From: a virus
Lineage: Duplodnaviria; Caudoviricetes
Virus record (IMG/VR): IMGVR_UViG_2895060867_000001
Coordinates: 776 to 64,775 of that record
Length of the DNA: 64,000 bases
Reading direction: 5' to 3' (one strand)
Made by a program: the position numbers and the translations under genes. This document shows positions 9,730-19,122 of this stretch, piece after piece. Within the stretch, counting starts at the first letter, position 1. Every line of letters begins with the position of its first letter. The notes beneath the pieces were generated by a model. The model had not been told where the DNA came from, ran no database searches, and worked only from the letters and a program-made list of their open reading frames with translations.

Positions 9730-10754
9730 TCGAACTCCATGACCAAGATCAATCCGTCGCCGCCCTTTCCACCGGCCTGAGCCGCTGACGGCGAACTCGA
9801 ACTGCCTGCAGCCACCCCGCCGCCCCCACCGCCGTTTGCACCCGCCGACGCAGAGATACCACCGCTTCCCAACGGGGTGCTGCCACCAGGTCCCAGCGAA
9901 TACCCGCTGCCAAGAATCAACCATGCGCTTGAACTCGGCTCGCCGTTACGATTGAGAACGTTTGCGCCAGACGCCGTGCCACCCTGCGCGGCAGCCGCGA
10001 AGACTTGTGCGCCTGGCGCTGAGACGCGACCGCCCTTTCCGCCAGTTACGGTAATGCCTGCGAAGGACGAATTTCCACCATCGGGGCCATTGCCACCCAC
10101 CACTCCGGCGGGACCGGCACCAACAACATAGGCAACACCGTCGAATCCCGACGTCATGAGATGTTCGCTGTATCCACCGGAGCCTCCGGACGATCCAATC
10201 GACCCCTCTCCTACACCAAGGCCTGCCGTTCCGCCACCAGCCCCCCCGGCCGCCTGGAGGCGGACGAGCACCATCTTCGTGCCGGGCGTCGATGTGAACG
10301 TTCCGCTGGACGTAAGGACGCGAACGCGCTTCAGTCGACCTGTTGCGTTTCCGATTTGTTGCGCGAGGGGATCAATGATGTTCTCGCCGTCAGAAATCAA
10401 TTCGGACGTGGATCCCTGCTGCACGACGACACCGCCGCCTGACGAAGTGCTGAAAGTCAATACAAATGCGCCCGTCGTTCGGTTTCTTACCGTGTACCCC
10501 TGAGCGGGGGCTGCCGGCACCGTAACTATTCTGTTGCCCGTCAGTGCTCCGAATAGATCGATGAATCCGTTAAGTGCTTCTGCGGCGCTCAGCGCCATCG
10601 TGCCCGCAGCGCCACTGACGTCCTTGGCAAGCTTCCCTTGCGCGCGAGCATAGATCTCATCGAAATTCGAATTGACCTTCGTGAACCCAGAACGCGCGGT
10701 GTCGCCGTCTTTGCCGGCCGGCGCCGTTCCTAGATTGATGGTTTGCTTCGTCAT
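9726..10754 (-). CDS. Glycine-rich side tail fibre/adhesin
   Basis: QTINLGTAP..GDTARSGFTKVNSNF N-terminus and Gly-rich C-terminal domain. Confidence 0.75.
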   Translation of the reverse strand: MTKQTINLGTAPAGKDGDTARSGFTKVNSNFDEIYARAQGKLAKDVSGAAGTMALSAAEALNGFIDLFGALTGNRIVTVPAAPAQGYTVRNRTTGAFVLTFSTSSGGGVVVQQGSTSELISDGENIIDPLAQQIGNATGRLKRVRVLTSSGTFTSTPGTKMVLVRLQAAGGAGGGTAGLGVGEGSIGSSGGSGGYSEHLMTSGFDGVAYVVGAGPAGVVGGNGPDGGNSSFAGITVTGGKGGRVSAPGAQVFAAAAQGGTASGANVLNRNGEPSSSAWLILGSGYSLGPGGSTPLGSGGISASAGANGGGGGGVAAGSSSSPSAAQAGGKGGDGLILVMEFE

Positions 10755-11090
10755 TTATGGCGTGAACGTTTGGTCGAATGTGGCCGCAATCGTGAAGGCA
10801 TCTCCGTCTTTCACCGGCTCCGAATACTTCTCACAGACGAAGAGAGCCCGCGACCGGAGGGACGGCGTCCAGTAGAACGACTTTGAACCAGCGTGAGCAT
10901 CAAGGAAGGCCAGGATGGCGGTGATCTTCACCGCATCGCCGACAAACGTCAGTTGATAGCTGGATCGCCGGTTGTTCAGGCCATCAGCGGCACGCTGCTC
11001 GTACCCATCGCCGAACTTGGCCTTGCGGACGGTGAAGGTCGTATCGCCACTGGCAGTCGTACGCGGGGACCAGTTGAAGGTGTCGGTCAT
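10755..11090 (-). CDS. Minor tail protein M
   Basis: FNWSP, KFGDGYEQRAADGLN, SFYWTP motifs. Confidence 0.9.
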   Translation of the reverse strand: MTDTFNWSPRTTASGDTTFTVRKAKFGDGYEQRAADGLNNRRSSYQLTFVGDAVKITAILAFLDAHAGSKSFYWTPSLRSRALFVCEKYSEPVKDGDAFTIAATFDQTFTP

Positions 11091-13966
11091 CCGATCTGCC
11101 CATATTTCATTTGGTAGCCGTAGCCACCCTGGCCTCGCATCTTCTTGTCCATGCGGTCATCAACCCAGGACTGAACCGCTCGCTTGAGATCCTTGGCGTC
11201 TGTCGCGTCAAATCCGCCTTCAGCGCTACCGACTTGTACTGATATCCCCACGGTCGTGTTGTTCTCGATGCGCGTGCCAGAGCCGACATCAATGGACGCT
11301 TTTACGCCAAGCGAGCCGTCAGGCGCACGCTTCAAGGGCATAATCGCTTCCTCGCCAGCCTCGCCGAAAAGCGCCATAGGCGCTATGGTCGGCTGGCCGA
11401 CAACCTGATTCGTAAATGCCCCGCCCTTGGCGAAAGCCTGAACCGCTGCACCGCTCGCGAAAACATTGCCCTTCGCACTCGGCATCGTGAACATGCCGGT
11501 TCCCCCGCTCAGACCGCTGGCGAACGAGCCGCTATAGGAACCTGCCAAACCGGAGTTAACCGTGCTCGATGAGTATCCGCTGGCGAACATGCTGCCTAGA
11601 AATCCGGTTACAGCACCGAAGATCGGCGAGGCAGCGGCCCGAATCGACATCTTGATCAGCTCTTGCGCGAACGCTGCACCGATTTCGCCGATGCTCATCT
11701 TCGTACCGGTCGCCCACTTTGCTGCGGCGTCAGTCAAGCCCTCATATACGTTCGAGAAGCTCGTGCTAACCTGATCCGCGACGTTCAACGCCTTGTCGTT
11801 GAAGTTCTCCCATGCGCGCTGAGCACCATTGAGCCAGCTCCCTTGCGCTGCCCGAATACGAGCAGTCGCGTCATACTCCATCGCGACACGCTTATCGTAA
11901 AAGTCCTGCAAAGCGCGAAGCTCAGACTCATATTGCGTCTGGTCGACGCGGTTCTCGATACGCGAACGGGTGAGATCGGATAGCTTTTGGTCATACTCTT
12001 TCGCAGCAGCCGTCAGGCGCGAGAATTGATCCCGCGCACTATCCCCCATCCCGATTGAGTCAACGCTCTGTGAGATCGCATCGCGACGGGTCTGCAAAGA
12101 CTTGTCTAGCGACACCACATACGCCTGAAGGTCGCGCGCTTGCTTCTGCTGGAGAGCTGCGGAGTCGTCGGCGAACTTGCGATCGTTCTCGGCGAGCTTC
12201 TGACGGATCTGAGCTTCTTCCCCTGCGTACTTTTGATACGCGGCGAGTTGCTTCTTCCCCTTTGCCAGTTCTTCCTGTTGCTGAACGATGCCGAGTTGCT
12301 TGTTCAGCGACTGTTGCCGAGCGTCATGCTCCTGTTGCAGTTGATCTTGCAGCGACATCAGCCCCTGCTCTCGAAGGCTCTTGATGTGCGCCAAACTCGA
12401 CTTCAGCGCATCCTCTTCGCCTTTGTACTGCTGCTGCAACGTTTCGAGACGTGCATTCAGCGCGTTCTGCGCGTCCGACTCGGCCTTCTTGTCCGTGTAC
12501 TGCTCGATGATCCCCTTCCGGGTCGCAGCAAGCGCTTTAGGGTCAAGTTCTGGGCTGTTCGGATTCGCCGTCCGAAGGTCCGAAATATGACGGTCAAACT
12601 GGTCGAGAGCGTGCTGGCGCGCGTAGCTCTTGTCGTATTGCAGTCGCTGCTTGTGCAGGGCGTCGGTCGCGGCAATGCCTGCCTGTGCCTCGCGCGCACG
12701 GCGTGCATTGCCTTCGGCAAGGCGCTGCTCTTCGATGTTGAGCGATTGGAGCGAAGCGATTTGCTTGTCGATGCTGGCGATGCGCTCTCGCGCCATATCG
12801 CCACCGCCGCCCGTACGCTTTGCCATCGCCTCAAGATCGCGCCGCTCGTTGAGAAGCGTATCGATCTTGTCGGTGTTTGTGGGGCCAGTGCTGAAACCTT
12901 GTTTCAACTGCGCCCAGGTCTTCGAAATCTCGAGACGGAAGTCCCGCCACGCTTTTGCTGCGGTGCCGAGCTTGTCGGCGGCATCCGTCACGAGTTGCCG
13001 ATGGAGCGCCTCGGAGACGACGCGAACCGCCTCGGACACCTTCCCGGCCTCTTCAAGGGATCGGACGTACTCATACGTCGCCGTATCCATGAAGTGCATA
13101 CTGCGATTGTGCTCGGAAGCCCACTTCGCAACACCATCGGGCATCTTGGCGTAATCGGCGACGATGTCCTCCAGCTTCGCGCCGGTCAGGTCGGACAACT
13201 TGACGACGTCCTCCCCCAGTGTCTGCAAGCTCTGTCCGGTGAACTTGCCGGTGTAGATCAACTCTTGAAGAGCATCATGCGCCGCGCCGATCCCGGACTT
13301 GGTGCCCTGCGCGATACCCAGCGCCATCGCGTTGAAGGCATCGCGAGTGACGCCAGCAGCGTTTCCAGTCAGTTGCAGCGACTTTGCGAACGCCTCCGCC
13401 TCGCTCTTTCCCTGGTATGCCGCAAGCGCAAACGCCCCGATGAATGCACCGACCAACCCGACCGTCACACCGGTGGCGGACATGATGGCCCCCAACGCGT
13501 CGGTGCGCTCGCCGAGGACGAGCAACGAACCGCCGAAGTTCTTCCAGGCGCCGGTCGACGCCTCGTGCGCCAGCACCATCATTTCTTTACGCGCGGCGGC
13601 CGACGCGAAATTCATCTCATGCGCGCCGTTCTCAGCCTTCTTCATGGCCGCGATCATCGGAGCAGCCGAATCCGCGACGCCGAGTTGAGCCGCGCGCAGC
13701 TCCATCCATGCCGCTTTGCCTTGCGAGACGGTCACGGACTGGCGCTCCAGCGACGCCATGAAGCTGCGAATCGACGACTCGCTTGCCCTTGCCCCCGAGG
13801 TTGCTGCGTCCGACATCCCCTTGAATGCCGCGCTCGTCTTCGCACCAGAGGCTGTGGCCGTGGCTTCAAGCTGCTTCACGGACTGAGCGCCTTCGGCCAT
13901 GCCAGCCTTCAGGCCCGTGGTATTCGCCTCGACGGCGATTACGGCCTTTCCGATCAGGTCACTCAT
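11087..13966 (-). CDS. Tail tape measure protein
   Basis: 959 aa, Ala-rich helical; SAKGNVF..AFAKGG and GEAGEEAIMPL near the C-terminus. Confidence 0.93.
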   Translation of the reverse strand: MSDLIGKAVIAVEANTTGLKAGMAEGAQSVKQLEATATASGAKTSAAFKGMSDAATSGARASESSIRSFMASLERQSVTVSQGKAAWMELRAAQLGVADSAAPMIAAMKKAENGAHEMNFASAAARKEMMVLAHEASTGAWKNFGGSLLVLGERTDALGAIMSATGVTVGLVGAFIGAFALAAYQGKSEAEAFAKSLQLTGNAAGVTRDAFNAMALGIAQGTKSGIGAAHDALQELIYTGKFTGQSLQTLGEDVVKLSDLTGAKLEDIVADYAKMPDGVAKWASEHNRSMHFMDTATYEYVRSLEEAGKVSEAVRVVSEALHRQLVTDAADKLGTAAKAWRDFRLEISKTWAQLKQGFSTGPTNTDKIDTLLNERRDLEAMAKRTGGGGDMARERIASIDKQIASLQSLNIEEQRLAEGNARRAREAQAGIAATDALHKQRLQYDKSYARQHALDQFDRHISDLRTANPNSPELDPKALAATRKGIIEQYTDKKAESDAQNALNARLETLQQQYKGEEDALKSSLAHIKSLREQGLMSLQDQLQQEHDARQQSLNKQLGIVQQQEELAKGKKQLAAYQKYAGEEAQIRQKLAENDRKFADDSAALQQKQARDLQAYVVSLDKSLQTRRDAISQSVDSIGMGDSARDQFSRLTAAAKEYDQKLSDLTRSRIENRVDQTQYESELRALQDFYDKRVAMEYDATARIRAAQGSWLNGAQRAWENFNDKALNVADQVSTSFSNVYEGLTDAAAKWATGTKMSIGEIGAAFAQELIKMSIRAAASPIFGAVTGFLGSMFASGYSSSTVNSGLAGSYSGSFASGLSGGTGMFTMPSAKGNVFASGAAVQAFAKGGAFTNQVVGQPTIAPMALFGEAGEEAIMPLKRAPDGSLGVKASIDVGSGTRIENNTTVGISVQVGSAEGGFDATDAKDLKRAVQSWVDDRMDKKMRGQGGYGYQMKYGQIG

Positions 13967-14002
13967 TGCGAAGTCGTAAAAAAGGCCCGCGCGCTGCGGG
14001 CG

Positions 14003-14308
14003 TTAATGGGATTTGGGCGAGATACCGAAAATCGCGGCGCGGATGAGGTCCGATTGGGCTTTGGGATCGGCAAGCTGAACCGGCTCGTCTGGTGACGCGT
14101 CCGGTGACTCAGTCCACGGCAAGAAGTCGAGCAGGCCGTAAGGCTCGGGACGCTGCTTCCGATCCCGGTTGATGTTCGCAAGCATCGAAACGACAGCACC
14201 GGTCCGCAGATCCTCAACAGGGCTGCCGAAATTTTCGATGTTGGCGTACGCCAGCCACTCGGCAAACTCAGCGGAATCGATCTCCCGCTGAGCCTGCCGA
14301 ACACTCAT
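14003..14308 (-). CDS. Tail assembly chaperone, T part (likely -1 frameshift extension)
   Basis: The -1 frame from the slippery site reads KLRSRPERRFWFRLALHLGMSVRQ into this ORF. Confidence 0.8.
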   Translation of the reverse strand: MSVRQAQREIDSAEFAEWLAYANIENFGSPVEDLRTGAVVSMLANINRDRKQRPEPYGLLDFLPWTESPDASPDEPVQLADPKAQSDLIRAAIFGISPKSH

Positions 14309-14703
14309 CCCGAGGTGGAGGGCGAGGCGGAACCAGAATCGCCGCTCGGGGCGGCTCCGGAGTTTTTTTCCGCGCTCTCCTGAGCTGCTCGACCGATGCC
14401 GTTCAACAGCGCGGCCTCGTTGGCAAGCATGTCAAGAACGTCTTTGTTTTTGTCGCGCAGTGCTTCGACGTCTTCCACGGTGAAAACCAGCTTGCCGTCG
14501 AGACCAACGATCGTCGCCGCGAGAAGGTTCGCCTCGAACTCCCCGAGACTGCCCGTGCCGCGCTCACGCGAAGCGTGAAACGCGTCACGCTCAGCGCCAG
14601 ACATAACCGCAAGTCGAACGGCACCGCCCCACTGGGGCACCGGAATGTCGATGGTCTTCCGGTCGTTGGCCGTGAGAATTTGTTCTTTCGAAAGTACGTT
14701 CAC
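14305..14703 (-). CDS. Tail assembly chaperone G
   Basis: Between tube and tape measure; ends with a slippery sequence. Confidence 0.8.
   Translation of the reverse strand: MNVLSKEQILTANDRKTIDIPVPQWGGAVRLAVMSGAERDAFHASRERGTGSLGEFEANLLAATIVGLDGKLVFTVEDVEALRDKNKDVLDMLANEAALLNGIGRAAQESAEKNSGAAPSGDSGSASPSTSG
14362..14368 (-). other. Programmed -1 frameshift site A-AAA-AAC
   Basis: GAA AAA AAC in the G frame; X-XXY-YYZ heptamer in correct phase. Confidence 0.8.
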
Positions 14704-15122
14704 GGACCCTCCGTCCAAGTCACGTCACCGCTGATACGCGTATTCACGGTGCCAGTCAGCACGGCATCGACGCCACCTTGAAGCGGCGTGCTCTTCACCA
14801 GACCGTTCCACGTCGCGACGTGGCCGTCGGGCAGCGTGAGCTTGAACAGGTGCATGGCACTGCTCGCTCGCGCAGCTTCGAGCGCAATTTGGCCCGGATC
14901 CGTGCGATTGACGTTCAGGTCGAAGTTGAAGTTGCCGTTGTCGCGCAGGCCGAGCAAGTACTCCTTCGATGTGCTGTCCAGATCGGTCGTGTCGATTTCC
15001 GACGACTGGCCGTCAAAGCCGGTGAACGACTTGAAGCCTTTGATGCGCGTGTACGTCGGCGTGGCACCCAGAGGCGCGATTTCGAGCTTGCTGCCCTGAG
15101 CCGAGATTGCCGGGGATGGCAT
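14700..15122 (-). CDS. Major tail tube protein
   Basis: AISAQGSKLEI..EIDTTDLDS..GLRDNG motifs; position in the operon. Confidence 0.85.
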   Translation of the reverse strand: MPSPAISAQGSKLEIAPLGATPTYTRIKGFKSFTGFDGQSSEIDTTDLDSTSKEYLLGLRDNGNFNFDLNVNRTDPGQIALEAARASSAMHLFKLTLPDGHVATWNGLVKSTPLQGGVDAVLTGTVNTRISGDVTWTEGP

Positions 15123-15140
15123 AGCTGTTCTCCTGATGTA

Positions 15141-15488
15141 TCAAGGGGTGAACCAAAAAGAAATATCGAGGCGCTCGCCGTACCAGTTGGTATCCGGCTC
15201 ATGGAGCCCCACGGGTGCGCCAATGGGAACCCCTTTTAATTCGTCGCCGCACAGGCTCACAATCACCTGTCGCATGACAGTCGCGGCTTCCTTGGCGGTG
15301 TTCGCCCACACGACGAACTGCACGCGTGCGTTCATGCGCTCGGCCAGACCGTCGAGCGAGCTGGCGTCCTGGCCGCCGACCTTCTGAAAAATCGCATACG
15401 GCCGTTGCGCGTTCGCCGGTGCCGTAGCGTTGAAAATGCGCCCTGACGCAATTTCAGCCAACGCGCCTGTGATCAGCGGTTCGATCAT
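15141..15488 (-). CDS. Tail terminator (DUF3168-like)
   Basis: PYAIFQKVGG motif; position in the operon. Confidence 0.75.
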   Translation of the reverse strand: MIEPLITGALAEIASGRIFNATAPANAQRPYAIFQKVGGQDASSLDGLAERMNARVQFVVWANTAKEAATVMRQVIVSLCGDELKGVPIGAPVGLHEPDTNWYGERLDISFWFTP

Positions 15489-15985
15489 TTGCCGCGCGCC
15501 TCGTGAATCTCCATCAACTTCTCCTTGAGACGATTGCGCATGGCGTCGATGGCATCAGTCTTGCGCGCATCCCACGCGGGCCGCAGAAACGGACTTGCCG
15601 CCACCCAGTGCTTACCGATGGAACTGACGCGGTGAGACTTCCAACGGACGCCTTTCGGCTTCGGCGGCACATACCAGTGCCCGAACTCGACCATCAGTCC
15701 GTAAAACGCAACGTCGTTTCGACCATCGCCCTTCTTCCCGCGCCGGATGCTGACGTAGTACATCTTGCTCGTCTCTGTGGAGCGTTCTTCGATGAACTTC
15801 AGGTAAAGCGCTCGCGCGAGGTTTCCGGTTTCGCCCTGCGGGGCTCGCATGGCGGCTTCGTCACGCAAAATCGTCCCGCCAGCGACAGCGGCAGACCGTA
15901 GCGCGGATTCGGCCAGATCGTCGGCGAGCTTCAAGAGCGCTGCGGCAGACTCGCCGAAGCCGCTCGTCTTCCAATCAACCGCCAT
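15485..15985 (-). CDS. HK97 gp10-like tail completion protein
   Basis: APQGETGNL, VEFGH, ASPFLRPAWD motifs. Confidence 0.8.
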   Translation of the reverse strand: MAVDWKTSGFGESAAALLKLADDLAESALRSAAVAGGTILRDEAAMRAPQGETGNLARALYLKFIEERSTETSKMYYVSIRRGKKGDGRNDVAFYGLMVEFGHWYVPPKPKGVRWKSHRVSSIGKHWVAASPFLRPAWDARKTDAIDAMRNRLKEKLMEIHEARGK

Positions 15986-16334
15986 CGCCTTGACCAGAGA
16001 CGCAAACGAGGTCCGTGTACTCCCGACCGGCGTAGTCGGGCAACGGCTTCTCGATGTTGAAAATCTCGTCGTCCACCGGCTGACCGGCGACGTACTTAAT
16101 CAGGACCGCACGCATTCCGTTGTCGATATCGGTGCGGTAGCGCACGCGAATGCTCACGGCCGCCACACCGACCGGCATATCGGATTTGATGGCTTCTGAG
16201 CCAGACGACACACGGACGTTGCACCAAAGCACCGGCCCGATCGGCACCCAGCCGTCGGACGGTTGGCCGAAATCATCCTTTCCACTGCCGCGCCGATCAA
16301 TTCGCACTTGGCGATTCATAGATCCGGAGCGCAT
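15975..16334 (-). CDS. Head closure / head-tail adaptor
   Basis: GSMNRQVRI..DDFGQP..IRVRYRTDIDNGMR motifs. Confidence 0.8.
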   Translation of the reverse strand: MRSGSMNRQVRIDRRGSGKDDFGQPSDGWVPIGPVLWCNVRVSSGSEAIKSDMPVGVAAVSIRVRYRTDIDNGMRAVLIKYVAGQPVDDEIFNIEKPLPDYAGREYTDLVCVSGQGDGG

Positions 16335-16675
16335 CAGACGCCTGGCACGACTCGGTGAGGCCGCAACAGCGACTTCGCGTTGAACGGCAGTTCTGCGACG
16401 GTTCCGATGCTCGAATCCTCACGGTTCATGTACAACTCAGCGGTCGTCTTCAGGATGGCCGCCTTAATCGCAGCGTTCACCACCATCGGGTTCTCACCGG
16501 CCGTACCGGCCGTAACAGCGGCCTGCAACGCGGCGGAGGTCTCGAAGACTTGACGATTCAGATAGTCGATAGCGGATTGCGTAGCGCCGTCGAGTGCCAT
16601 TTGCACGACATCGTCATCAGCACCGAGGTCCTGTTTGACGAACTTCGTCGCAAGTTCGATAGAAACCAACGGCAC
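16334..16675 (-). CDS. Head-tail connector (gp6-like)
   Basis: AIKAAIL..AELYMNRE..LP...SLLRPHR motif. Confidence 0.85.
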   Translation of the reverse strand: MPLVSIELATKFVKQDLGADDDVVQMALDGATQSAIDYLNRQVFETSAALQAAVTAGTAGENPMVVNAAIKAAILKTTAELYMNREDSSIGTVAELPFNAKSLLRPHRVVPGV

Positions 16676-16678
16676 GTC

Positions 16679-16936
16679 TTACTCTCCGGCCCCGTTCAGC
16701 AATTCGAGCAATTCCGCCTTGCTTGCGCTTGCCTTGTACTCGACACCCTTGGCATCCAGCGCTGCCTTGATTTGTGCGGCAGTCATTTCCTCGGGCGCCA
16801 GCGATTCGTCGCCGAGCGCTCCAAGCGCCCGCGCGCCAGCCTCCAGTTCCGGCGGGCATTCGTCGCCAGATTCGTATTGCTTCGGGTAGATCTCACCGTC
16901 CGGAACACCCAGAAAGGCCTTGATGAGCTGTGCCAT
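16679..16936 (-). CDS. Small head-region protein with HeH/LEM-like C-terminus
   Basis: MTAAQIKAALDAKGVEYKASASKAELLELL. Confidence 0.6.
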   Translation of the reverse strand: MAQLIKAFLGVPDGEIYPKQYESGDECPPELEAGARALGALGDESLAPEEMTAAQIKAALDAKGVEYKASASKAELLELLNGAGE

Positions 16937-17002
16937 GTCGTTCTCACAGAATGAAGAAAGGGCTCCCGAAGGAGCCCCGAATCGATCGCCTATCGCCGTC
17001 GT

Positions 17003-18286
17003 TTATGCCGAAGCGGCGATCTTCATTGCCCGCATCGGCTGCGGGTTGACCAGCCCACCGCCGACACGTTTCGTCGTGTAGAACGAGACATACGGCTTGT
17101 TGGTGTACGGGTCGCGAAGGACGCGGACACCCGTGCGGTCGATGATGAGGTAACTCTGTGCGAAATCTCCGAACAGGATCGGCGTGGCGTTCGCTGCGAT
17201 GTCGGGCATGTCGGGGACCTCGACCACCGCGAACCCGGCCAGAGTGGACGGCTGACCTGCCACATACGACGGCTGCCACAGATAGTTGCCTTGCCCGTCT
17301 TTGAGCTTACGGATCTTCCCCATCGACTTTCGATTCATCGTGAACCGCGCGTTGCCCGTGAAAGCCCCCGGCAGGTCGTAGACCAGGTCGATGATGCCGT
17401 CGGAAGTAATCTCGGCGGCAGCGCCGCTGTTCACGGTGGAGATGGCCCCGAACGGGTGCTTTGCTGCGTTGGCCCCGCCTGCGACATACGTCAGGATGCC
17501 GAACGGCTTGTTACCCCCGTTCCCTGCGACGAACGCGGCACCTTCCTGCTTCGCGAACTCCGTCTTCACCTCCTCGGCCAGCCACGTCTCCAAATCGACT
17601 TCCGAGTCGTCCAGCATCTGCTGAGTCGCGGCCGGATTGGCGTAAATCTCGCCGGGTGCGAACGTCAGCGGCGCAAACTGCGCGGTCCCCGTATTGGGAC
17701 GCGCGTCGGCCTCACCGACCCAGCCGCTGGCGGTGCCGCCGAGATTAAACAGCTTCGTGAAGCCGGCCGTCGAGATAGTCTGCACGGCGCAGAGCGCACG
17801 CATGGGCGACACCAGTACAAGCTTATCGGTGATCGAGCGATCCCACTCGACCGGCGCGAGATAGCCGCCCTCCGCGTCGGCCCCCTTGTTCAGGGACGCC
17901 TGCGTGTCGCCTCGCTTGAAGTGCGCCGCGAAGGCCTCCGAATACTCGGGGTCGCGGAGCTTCTTGCCGTCGACTCCCATCTGGCCGGCGGCGAGCTTGA
18001 TATTCATCTCGTCGATGGCGGCCTGGAGGTTTTCGAGATCGGCCGAAACGCGGTCGACCTTCGCCAGCGTGTCGGACGTCGCATGCCCCTTTTTCAGCTC
18101 TGCGATTTCCTTGTCGTTCGACGCTTTGAACTCGGCAAACGCCTTGCCCAGGTTCTCGATGAGCGCCTTCACTTCGGGCATGTTGGCGTCGGCGCGGACC
18201 GAAATGATTCCGCGCGGCGCGAAGCCGGCGTTGGGCGCGAGCGTTGCCGTCAGAGCGGCAATGAGAAGTTTCATGTTCATGTTCAA
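17003..18286 (-). CDS. HK97-fold major capsid protein
   Basis: N-terminal coiled-coil delta domain; GGYLAPVE, YLWQPS, ILFGDF motifs. Confidence 0.95.
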   Translation of the reverse strand: MNMNMKLLIAALTATLAPNAGFAPRGIISVRADANMPEVKALIENLGKAFAEFKASNDKEIAELKKGHATSDTLAKVDRVSADLENLQAAIDEMNIKLAAGQMGVDGKKLRDPEYSEAFAAHFKRGDTQASLNKGADAEGGYLAPVEWDRSITDKLVLVSPMRALCAVQTISTAGFTKLFNLGGTASGWVGEADARPNTGTAQFAPLTFAPGEIYANPAATQQMLDDSEVDLETWLAEEVKTEFAKQEGAAFVAGNGGNKPFGILTYVAGGANAAKHPFGAISTVNSGAAAEITSDGIIDLVYDLPGAFTGNARFTMNRKSMGKIRKLKDGQGNYLWQPSYVAGQPSTLAGFAVVEVPDMPDIAANATPILFGDFAQSYLIIDRTGVRVLRDPYTNKPYVSFYTTKRVGGGLVNPQPMRAMKIAASA

Positions 18287-19122
18287 CCCTTGATAGTTTT
18301 CAGGAGAGTCTGGAGAGATGCAGCAACGTCTTCGCCAGCGCCCGGCATGGCGTTATTGGCGGCAGCGCTCGGCGTGCCGTCGAATAGGGCTTTGAGAGCA
18401 TCACGGCGGGCTCCACGCGAGTACCCAGCACGCGCCATAGACGCCTCGATCAACGCAAGCGCCTTGCGGCCACCGGAGGTTGTGTCCTTCGCGACCTGTG
18501 CGCTGTCGAGCAGGCCGGTGGCAAAGCCATCCGCGACCGCCTGTTCGGCACCGATCCACGTTTCCTTGTCCATGAGCGCGGCCGCCGCTTCCTGCGTGAT
18601 GCCGGCGCGCTGCGAATAGACCTTTGCCATGGCAGCATCGAACGGGGCGAGTACTTCGGCTGCTTGAGCGATGTCATGACGATTGCCGATGGCGACCGTC
18701 CACGCGTTGTGGATCATCAGAAAGGCACCATCGCCCATGAGAATCTCGTCGCCCGCCATCGCAATGACGGAAGCCGCCGAAGCCGCGATTCCCATGACGT
18801 TGACCGTCACTTTCGCCTTGTGCTCGCGCAGAAGGTTGTAGATCGCAACGCCCTCGAAGAAGTCACCACCGGGCGAATTCACATTGACCGTAAGGTCACG
18901 CGCGCCGATGTTTCGCAGCGCCGCACTGATACGCTTCGCAGTGACGCCGGTACCCTCCCAGTTGTCCCCTATCGAGTCATAGATCGAGATCGACGCGGCG
19001 TCGTCACCAGCGGCAGCGTGCACCCCCGGCTCCCACTTCTCGAGAGCGTCGGGGCGGACCTCATATTGCGCGGTGTTGAGCCGGTGATCGGCCCGGATTT
19101 CAGGCAGTTTGAGGAGGCTCAT
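18283..19122 (-). CDS. ClpP-like prohead protease
   Basis: NSPGGDFFEG, AASAASVIAMAGD, LMIHNAW motifs. Confidence 0.92.
   Translation of the reverse strand: MSLLKLPEIRADHRLNTAQYEVRPDALEKWEPGVHAAAGDDAASISIYDSIGDNWEGTGVTAKRISAALRNIGARDLTVNVNSPGGDFFEGVAIYNLLREHKAKVTVNVMGIAASAASVIAMAGDEILMGDGAFLMIHNAWTVAIGNRHDIAQAAEVLAPFDAAMAKVYSQRAGITQEAAAALMDKETWIGAEQAVADGFATGLLDSAQVAKDTTSGGRKALALIEASMARAGYSRGARRDALKALFDGTPSAAANNAMPGAGEDVAASLQTLLKTIKG

Noticed and set aside
9726-10300. Gly-rich repeat as a toxin or collagen-like novelty
   Set aside because: Ordinary glycine-rich tail adhesin domain
12140-14095. 651-aa plus-strand ORF and other long antisense ORFs (e.g. 17291..18619, 56243..57739, 49160..50383)
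   Set aside because: Shadows of well-supported minus-strand structural genes in high-GC DNA; no recognisable motifs
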